Below, in pieces: positions 1-7,300 of a stretch of DNA of 20,466 bases. The notes beneath the pieces are model-generated. The model saw only the letters and a program-made list of their open reading frames with translations. It did not search any database and had not been told where the DNA came from. The DNA comes from Coleofasciculus sp. B1-GNL1-01 (GTDB taxonomy: Bacteria > Cyanobacteriota > Cyanobacteriia > Cyanobacteriales > Coleofasciculaceae): NCBI GenBank assembly GCA_040220235.1, contig JAVJTO010000086.1; one strand, written 5' to 3'. The stretch's first letter is position 1. Every line of letters starts with the position of its first letter. The translations under genes were made by a program, and so were the position numbers.

Positions 1-23
1 CAAAGTCCCACGGTGTAATGCTT

Positions 24-52
24 GTAGGTTGGGTTGACGAAGGAAACCCAAC
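24..52. repeat. GTAG-type REP-like palindrome
   Basis: GTAG followed by imperfect hairpin GTTGGGTT-gacgaagga-AACCCAAC; typical cyanobacterial extragenic repeat layout. Confidence 0.55.
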
Positions 53-152
53 TAATTAAGCGATTAAGCTAGGTTTTCTTCAAATCAAGCCAATCGCTAC
101 ACATATAAGGAAAATTTATCACCTTATGTACGGGAGAGCCAATTGGGAATGG

Positions 153-202
153 GTAGCGAGCAAGATGCAAAGCCTGCGGCATGGCTTCGCTAAACGCACT
201 AC
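153..202. repeat. REP-like palindrome (GTAGCGAGCAAGATGC...CGCACTAC) interrupted by a ~26-nt insert
   Basis: GTAG...CTAC bounded element; arms separated by AAAGCCTGCGGCATGGCTTCGCTAAA. Confidence 0.45.
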
Positions 203-228
203 GGCAAGGATTTCCCTCATACTCCCCT

Positions 229-358
229 TATAGCAGTACCAAGACAGGTTAGGACATTTGTCTCTGTTCCCTGTTCCCTGTTCCCTGTTCCCTGTTCCCT
301 GTTCCCTGTTCCCTCTTGAGATCTAACTGATGTCCTAACGTATCCTCGTAGTGCTATA
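229..358. mobile_element. MITE with 29-bp imperfect terminal inverted repeats (TATAGCA...TGCTATA) and internal heptamer array
   Basis: 229-257 TATAGCAGTACCAAGACAGGTTAGGACAT versus reverse complement of 330-358 TATAGCACTACGAGGATACGTTAGGACAT: 24/29 identical; no coding capacity. Confidence 0.75.
264..312 (+). repeat. STRR-like heptamer tandem repeat (CTGTTCC)x7
   Basis: Seven exact copies read directly. Confidence 0.95.
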
Positions 359-399
359 TTTTGGTGAAACCTCCTCTGTCGCGCATCGTAGTCTAAACT

Positions 400-2307
400 T
401 CAGTTGGTATTATTTCTAAGCAACCGTAAACCACTCAGAATCACCAGTATAGTAGAACCTTCATGTCCAATAACGCCGAGAGGAAGGCTAATACCAATCG
501 TAAAATTAGCCACTAATAACACACCAATACTACACAACGCAAACCCAATATTTTGGGTAACAACCTGAGTGACACGACGACCTAAACGAATCGCAGCCGT
601 TAACTTTTCTAAACGATCTGCCATTAATACAACATCGGCGGTTTCCAAAGCCACATCACTCCCAGCAGTTCCCATGGCAATTCCCACAGACGCGGTTGCC
701 AACGCTGGGGCATCATTGATACCATCACCCACCATGGCTACGGTTTGATCGTGTTTTTTCAGCCTTTGGATCACCTTAACTTTATCTTCTGGCAAAAGTT
801 CGGCATAAACCTCATCAATTCCTAGCTGCTGGGCGATGTAACTCGCCGTAGTTTTGCTATCACCACTGAGCATAATAACCTGTTCAATTCCCAGTTTTTT
901 CAAGTCTTTGATCACAGTTGCAGCCGCCGGACGCACGGTATCGGCAACTGCGATAATTCCCAAGAGTTTACCCGCAGCCGCCACCCAAACGATGGTTTTA
1001 CCGTCTTGTTTCAAGCGTTCGCTTTCTACGATTAGACTCTTGGGGACGTGAGCAATTTCAGATTGAATAAATTTAGCTGTACCAACTTTTATCCCTTCCC
1101 CGTCAACATCACCACTGACACCAAAACCGGTGTGAGATACTACATTCGTAGCCGATGCTAACGTCCAGGATTTATCCATAGTGGCTTGCACAATTGCCTT
1201 GGCAATAGGATGTTCGGAATAGGCTTCCACAGCCGCCGCTTTTAACAAAACCTTATCTTCATTGTTGGGGTCAAGACTGATAATTTGGATAACCTTTGGT
1301 TCTCCAGTCGTCAGGGTTCCCGTTTTGTCAAAGGCAATCGCTCGTATTTTGCCGATTACCTCCAATTGAGCGCCACTTTTGAATAAAATACCCTGTCGCG
1401 CCCCATTCGTCATTCCCGATAGCAGTGTCGGCATAATTGCTGCCATTAATGCACAGGGAGACGCGACGACTAAAAAAACCAAAGCCTGATAAATCGTCCT
1501 TTGCCAATCCCAATTGAAAACAAAAGGGGGAAGAATCGCCAGCAGGATACCACAAACTATAATTATTTTCGCATAACCGCGTTCTAAGCGTTCAATGAAT
1601 AGTTGAGAGGGTGGCGCTTCCGTTTGCGCTTGCTTGACCAAACGAATAACCCGTTGAATTAAGCTACTTTCGGGGGGTTGATGCACTCGCAGGATTAACG
1701 CCCCACTACCATTAATTGTGCCAGCAAAAACTTCATCTCCCACTGTTTTTTCTCTAGGTAGCGATTCTCCAGTAATAGAGGCTTCATTGAGACTACTTGC
1801 ACCTTCAATAATCAAGGCGTCGGTGGGAATTAATTCTCCGGGTTTCACTAAAATTTGGTCATCGATTTTTAAGTCTTGAATCGGAATCTGACAGGTTTGA
1901 CCTTGGAGGATAACCCGTGCTGTATCAGGTGTCAATCCCATCAAACTGCTAATCGCACGGCTGGTTCGTTTCATGGCGTAATCTTCTAATGCCCCACTGA
2001 TGGCAAAGATAAGAATTAATACCGCGCCATCAACAATTAGGAAATAGTCCCGCTGCCAAACTCCTAAAAATGCCGCTCCTAATGCGGCGATGATCATCAA
2101 CAAATCAACATCGAGTTCCTTTTCGACAAACAGAGTGGTTAGTCCCTCTTTCGCACTCTCGTAACCTCCAATTACATAGGCGGCTGGGAGGATGAATAAC
2201 GCTAATCCTAACCAGCCAAGTTGGAGAAAAAGCCAACCCAAGCATACTAAAACAGCACAGGCTACCGCCGCCCAAGTATCTTGATGTTCTGCGATGATTG
2301 TTTTCAT
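400..2307 (-). CDS. coaT: P1B-4 type heavy-metal (cobalt) exporting P-type ATPase
   Basis: TGES, SPC membrane motif, DKTGTLT, HP, GDGINDAP and C-terminal HEGST motif; no N-terminal metal-binding domain; divergent from a MerR-CobH regulator as in the Synechocystis coaT/coaR pair. Confidence 0.9.
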   Translation of the reverse strand: MKTIIAEHQDTWAAVACAVLVCLGWLFLQLGWLGLALFILPAAYVIGGYESAKEGLTTLFVEKELDVDLLMIIAALGAAFLGVWQRDYFLIVDGAVLILIFAISGALEDYAMKRTSRAISSLMGLTPDTARVILQGQTCQIPIQDLKIDDQILVKPGELIPTDALIIEGASSLNEASITGESLPREKTVGDEVFAGTINGSGALILRVHQPPESSLIQRVIRLVKQAQTEAPPSQLFIERLERGYAKIIIVCGILLAILPPFVFNWDWQRTIYQALVFLVVASPCALMAAIMPTLLSGMTNGARQGILFKSGAQLEVIGKIRAIAFDKTGTLTTGEPKVIQIISLDPNNEDKVLLKAAAVEAYSEHPIAKAIVQATMDKSWTLASATNVVSHTGFGVSGDVDGEGIKVGTAKFIQSEIAHVPKSLIVESERLKQDGKTIVWVAAAGKLLGIIAVADTVRPAAATVIKDLKKLGIEQVIMLSGDSKTTASYIAQQLGIDEVYAELLPEDKVKVIQRLKKHDQTVAMVGDGINDAPALATASVGIAMGTAGSDVALETADVVLMADRLEKLTAAIRLGRRVTQVVTQNIGFALCSIGVLLVANFTIGISLPLGVIGHEGSTILVILSGLRLLRNNTN

Positions 2308-2336
2308 GTCATGATTAATTACTCCCCGACTGCCTC

Positions 2337-2378
2337 ATCCTAAACCTTGACATTAATGTCAAGGTCAAGTGCTAAACT
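2337..2378. promoter_or_regulatory. MerR-type operator/promoter for coaT (CoaR site)
   Basis: Perfect 22-bp palindrome ACCTTGACATT-AATGTCAAGGT (2344-2365). On the minus strand -35 TTGACC (2368-2363) and -10 TAGGAT (2342-2337) are 20 bp apart, the over-long spacer typical of MerR targets. Confidence 0.85.
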
Positions 2379-2384
2379 AGCAAA

Positions 2385-3497
2385 ATGGCAAACCAATACT
2401 TAACCATCAAACAACTCACCGCAGCAGTTGGTAATGGTTTAACTCCGAGAATGGTCAGGCATTATCACAAACTGGGGTTGTTACCAGAGGCGAAACGTTC
2501 TGCGGCTAACTATCGTCTCTATACCGATGCAGATGTGCAGCATTTGCGGCGGATTGTGGCGTTAAAATCTCAGGGATTTCAATTAGATCATATTCGTCAG
2601 TTATTGACACCTGATTCTGGAGATCTAAAGGTTGACCAATTAACGTCTCAACTGCAACAGCAATATCGCTCAGTGATGCAACAATTGGCTCGTTTGCGCC
2701 AAACAGCATCGGCTTTGGAAGGCTTGCTAGGACGCGATTATTGTTGTCGAAAAATTCAAACTGAAGCACTGGCGCAACTGCGACAATTAGAACTAGAATC
2801 GACAGTTGAATTAGAAGAATTAGCACCATTTTGGCACAGTTTAGATGCCGCCTGTGATGCTCATCCCGAAGACTTTAGCGAATCCTTGCAGCAACTGTTA
2901 CCCGATTTATCTCAAAAGAATGAAGTTGAACGCGATTTACTGACCAAATTGGTACTCGCTAGTGGTGATGTCAGTTTAGTCGATTTTGTGCGTTTGAGTC
3001 GAGGGGCGATCGCTTCAGCTAGAAATGCTCTCAAGACTCACTGTGAAATTGTTGCTGATGTTTCTCCAGTTGTTGCGGCTCTTGATCAGACTCGCATTGC
3101 ACATTTAGGGATTCCTGTCAAGACTCTAATAGATGAACCCCATATCCACAGCGCTGATGAAGCCGAACGCAGGTTTTGCCAACAAGGGAAATGGCAGGAA
3201 CGATTACAACACCTCACGCCTGGTTGTATCTTAGCGATCGGCTATGCTCCATCAGTATTGATATCTGCCTTGAAATGCATCGAACAAGGACAACTGCAAG
3301 TCTCCTTAATTGTGGGAATGCCGATTGGTTTCAGCCACGCCCCAGCCGCTAAACGCCGATTAATGGGTTCGGGTATGGAGTATATTACGACTCTGGGGAC
3401 AACTGGTGGTGGATTATTAGCCGCCGTCGCCCTGAATAGTTTAGTTGAATCTTTGATTGAAAAGCCCGATTGTCATTGTTATTTGCAGAATCAGTAG
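2385..3497 (+). CDS. coaR: MerR-family cobalt-responsive regulator with precorrin isomerase (CobH/CbiC)-like C-terminal domain
   Basis: N-terminal MerR HTH (LTPRMVRHYHKLGLL, NYRLY); CobH-like region (IGYAPSVL, IVGMPIGF, GGGLLAAVALN); C-terminal Cys-His-Cys (DCHCY) as in CoaR/CorR. Confidence 0.9.
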   Translation: MANQYLTIKQLTAAVGNGLTPRMVRHYHKLGLLPEAKRSAANYRLYTDADVQHLRRIVALKSQGFQLDHIRQLLTPDSGDLKVDQLTSQLQQQYRSVMQQLARLRQTASALEGLLGRDYCCRKIQTEALAQLRQLELESTVELEELAPFWHSLDAACDAHPEDFSESLQQLLPDLSQKNEVERDLLTKLVLASGDVSLVDFVRLSRGAIASARNALKTHCEIVADVSPVVAALDQTRIAHLGIPVKTLIDEPHIHSADEAERRFCQQGKWQERLQHLTPGCILAIGYAPSVLISALKCIEQGQLQVSLIVGMPIGFSHAPAAKRRLMGSGMEYITTLGTTGGGLLAAVALNSLVESLIEKPDCHCYLQNQ

Positions 3498-3499
3498 AG
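3474..3499 (+). repeat. Direct repeat copy 1 (coaR 3' end), left boundary of accessory segment
   Basis: CATTGTTATTTGCAGAATCAGTAGAG is identical to 10130-10155. Confidence 0.95.
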
Positions 3500-3674
3500 A
3501 GTTAGCACTTAGCCCTGATCGAATGACTGATCATCTGGGTTACGATTTCCCAGAGAGTCGCTATCCTGATCGCACCAAGGGCAATATATATCCCCTTCAC
3601 GGCTAGGGCAAGGATGATGTTTTGCTAGACAATGCGGAGGGTGCGGCGAGCGATCGCAATCCCTTGAGCTATTT

Positions 3675-3884
3675 GCCGATGGATCGGCTGATCCCTTACA
3701 GGATGGACATTTAGGCTGGCTAGTACCGCACCGTGATCCGGACGCCGTAGCAGCTGCATGTATTGACAATGATCAGCGCTGTGATGGGGAGTGGTTGCGA
3801 TAACAATGTCTGGCTCAATTTAGCCGAGATGCTTTTCAAGAAAAGTTTAAACAACTCCTGTATAACTTAGATCACAAAATTTAG
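3675..3884 (+). pseudogene. C-terminal remnant of a family 4 (GT-B) glycosyltransferase
   Basis: Reads ADGSADPLQDGHLGWLVPHRDPDAVAAACIDNDQRCDGEWLR*QCLAQFSRDAFQEKFKQLL, resembling the C-terminus of cyanobacterial GT4 enzymes; internal TAA at 3801-3803 and no recognisable intact 5' part. Confidence 0.7.
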
Positions 3885-3932
3885 GGTCTGGCTAAGGTTG
3901 AATAGAATAGTATCCCCACTCAGAGGTTGACA

Positions 3933-4328
3933 ATGGCAGGTCTGTCTAATCTTCAGCTTACCATCGACTTTAGCGAATCTGATTTGGACTCCGAAGACTT
4001 GGAAACCCTTACCCAAAGTCTCTATGAGGATATAGATTCTTTAGAAGAAGTCGAGTCTGTTGAGCGTATCCGAGAAAAGCCAGCAGGAGATGTGAAAGCA
4101 GGAGCAGAGGATTTGGGTAAATTGATGGTTGGCGTTTTAAGCACCCAGATCCCCTTACCGACAATAAAACCTGTCGTGAACTTTCTGTTCAGCCGCTTAT
4201 CTAGTAAAAAAGTTAAGGTGAAAGCAGAGGCTAATGGTAAAACCATTGAGTTAGAGACTGTTGGCACCAGCAAAGAAGAGGTATTAGTTCTGATTGAACA
4301 ACTCAAAGACTTTGTAGAGAGGGCGTAG
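3933..4328 (+). CDS. EACC1-like (effector-associated constant component) small protein
   Basis: Acidic N-terminus (DLDSEDLETLTQSLYEDI), PAGDVKAG loop, hydrophobic middle and C-terminal KVKVKAEANGKTIEL strands; lies 10 bp upstream of a caspase-domain gene, the usual EACC1 context. ATG 3933 preferred over TTG 3927 because GAGG lies at 3923-3926. Confidence 0.7.
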   Translation: MAGLSNLQLTIDFSESDLDSEDLETLTQSLYEDIDSLEEVESVERIREKPAGDVKAGAEDLGKLMVGVLSTQIPLPTIKPVVNFLFSRLSSKKVKVKAEANGKTIELETVGTSKEEVLVLIEQLKDFVERA

Positions 4329-4338
4329 GACGCGGCAA

Positions 4339-7300
4339 ATGGCAAAATTAGCATTGCTGATTGGGATTAGTCAGTACGAGTTTGGTTTAGACCCACTCCC
4401 CGGTTCTATAAAGGATGTACAAGCAATGGAGAAAGTTTTGCGACATCCAGAGAGGGGAGGATTTGATGCCGTTGAGGTGATCACCAATCCTGACCCCCAG
4501 CAGATGCGGGAGAAGATTGAGGCACTATTTGCCGATTGCCACAAAGACGATCTATTGCTCTTGTATTTCTCCGGTCATGGCATTACAGACAACAGAGGAA
4601 AACTGTACTTAACCAGTCCTACAACTAAAAAGACACGACTCGCAGCAACGGCGATTCCTTCTGACTTTGTGCATAGCCTCATGCTCACCAGTCCTTCTCG
4701 GAAACAAGTCATGATTCTTGACTGTTGCTTTAGTGGGGCTTTCGCTAAGGGAATGACCGCTAAAGCTGATGCTGCTGTTCTTACCTCTTCTGGTTTATTA
4801 GAGTATTCCCAGTCAGGAACAGATCTCTCACTTTACACTCGTTTCCTGGTTGAAGGGATGGAGACGGGTGCTGCCGATCTGAATAAAGATGGGATAATTT
4901 CTGTTGATGAGTTGCATGAGTATGCCAAAGAAAAAATAGTGCAATGCTCAACAGAGATTAAGCCAGAAATATATCCCTTCAAAGAAGGTCATAAACTATC
5001 ATTAACTCAAACATCAATTTGTTTTCAGGAACCTCTTCTACCCATTTTTACACCTCCAAGTTTTCCTGATTTTTATGGTAGGCAGACTGAGTTGGAGCAG
5101 GTAAAAAAATTGCTTCAAGCCTCCCCAGTTGTGATACTGTGGGGAGAGTCGGGGGTAGGAAAGACTTACTTGGCAGCACAGCTAGCGCATCAGCTCAGTA
5201 ATGATTACAAAGTTTGTTGGCTAGACAAAGAAGAACTAACATTGGAGGAACTGTTGTTGCAGGTGAACGAGTTCCTCAAAAGCAATGGTGAGTACGGATT
5301 TGTCACAACTTATGCCGAAGACAAAATTACAAGCACTCATAAAATCCCCACTTTAGTGCAGGTTATCAGCACTAGCAAATTAGCCAAGTATGCATTCTTT
5401 ATTGATGGATTTCAGATTGCCAACCATTCAGAGATTGAGCCGTTTATTCAACGCTTCAGAACCCATGGAGGGAAGAACCGATTAATCTTGATTGACCATT
5501 CTCCAGAGCAGTCGTTAGGAGTATGGCTGGCTAGTCGAGTTCATAAATTCAATGTGGCAGGCTTTCAATACGAGGAAGCGGTTAAGTATATTAATCAAAG
5601 ATGTCAAGCTTCAGGGATTGAATGCTCCTTAAATGATGTGATTGCGGTAATCGAAAAAACAGCCGGACATCCTTTAGCGATAGACTTAGTTATTCAGTGG
5701 TACTCCCTGTTAGGAAACTCGATGGGAAATCTACTGCATCGGCTGGTCGAGTATGATAAACGCTATGGCGCTGAACTCAATAAGAGACTATTGGAAAATG
5801 TAGCCATACATCTTGATGAAACAGAACGGGAAGCTTTAAGCCGTCTTTCAGTGTTTCGGACACCCGTTCAACGTTCAGCCTGGACGTATCTGGATATTTC
5901 AGAAAGTGTGGGAGAGTCGCTATTACAGCGCCGATTGCTAACACGAGTGGACTGTGATAAGTTCCAGATGCATCCTCTGATTGCTGAGTTTTGGCGTACT
6001 TCTCAGTCTGAGGAAGAAATGGTATATTGGCAAGAAAAGGTAGCTCACTATTATTGGCAACAGGGTAAACAAAGCCCTTTAGAAACATTAGATCGCCGGG
6101 CTTACCTCGACTCATATTATCACTGGTGTAAAATTGGGCAATTAGAGACAGCAGCACAGGTTTTAAATGATCTGGTGGGTCGTTCACATGAAAAAGAACG
6201 GCTTCTATCAGAAAGACTGACTGGATTAGGAGAATGGCTACTTAATCTTGATGATGCTATTTTTGTAGATAAACCCTGGCTATTGTTGGAGAAAGGTCGA
6301 AAGCTAGAGAAACAAGGTAGCGCAGCAAACGCTGAAGAAATTTTCAAAAATGCCTACGAAATTTTTGAGCAACAAGGGAATCAACTGGGTGCTTCTGTTG
6401 CTTTGTACTATGTGGGCAAGATGCGTCATCTTAGGGGGCAGCCTGAACTAGCTTTGCAAGCCTTGAAGTCTGTTTTAGAGATAGCGGAAAGTCAAGCGGA
6501 TTTTCCAATGCAAATCCGCACTTTAGGGAAAATGATTGGCTGTTATACGGATCTTGGTCAGTGTGATAATGCCCGAAATGTTGCTAATACTGCTGATGCA
6601 CTAGCTACTCGTTCTGACGATCAACTAGGTCTGGCTTTAATTTTATATCGTCAGGGTAGTATCGAGCGTCATCAGAGCAATTTCTTGGAAGCAGAGGAAT
6701 TCTTTAACGATAGCGCGAAAAAATTCGCCGAGCTGGGCGATATATATCGAGAGTCCAAATCTTGGGCACGATTAGGTATTTGCCAAAAATCCCAAAGTAA
6801 GCTTAAAAAAGCGGAGGATAACCTTAAGCATGCTATTGAACTTAAACAATCCATTAATGATCGTCATGGTGAAGCACGAGATTTGGATTATCTTGCAGAT
6901 ATTTATACTCATTTAGGTCGCTATGAAGAAGCCGAGAAAAGTTATCGAGAATCCTTGAATATTAAAGAAGGTAAAGATGGTATTCAACCTGATGTATATG
7001 GACAAATTAAGACATATAACAACTTAGCTAGAATCGCTTTATTAACTGGTCGCTTGGATAAAGCAGATGAGTTGCTTCAGGAATCTAAAAAACGGATTGA
7101 TCAGCAAAACAAACGTTATATTGGAGTGAATGGCTCACGCCTAATAATTCAAGGAGATCTGCAATTTAATCAAGGTGAATATGAAGCTGCATTGCAATCC
7201 TATACAGAGGCGGCTGCCTGCTTTACATCTCCCAATCCAGAAGTACCGAGCAGCTACGCACGAGTCTTATTCTGTTTTGGTCAAACTTACTTAACCTTAG

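Noticed and set aside
3509..3769. 86-aa Cys-rich ORF on the minus strand
   Set aside because: Partly antisense to the glycosyltransferase remnant; no recognisable motif.
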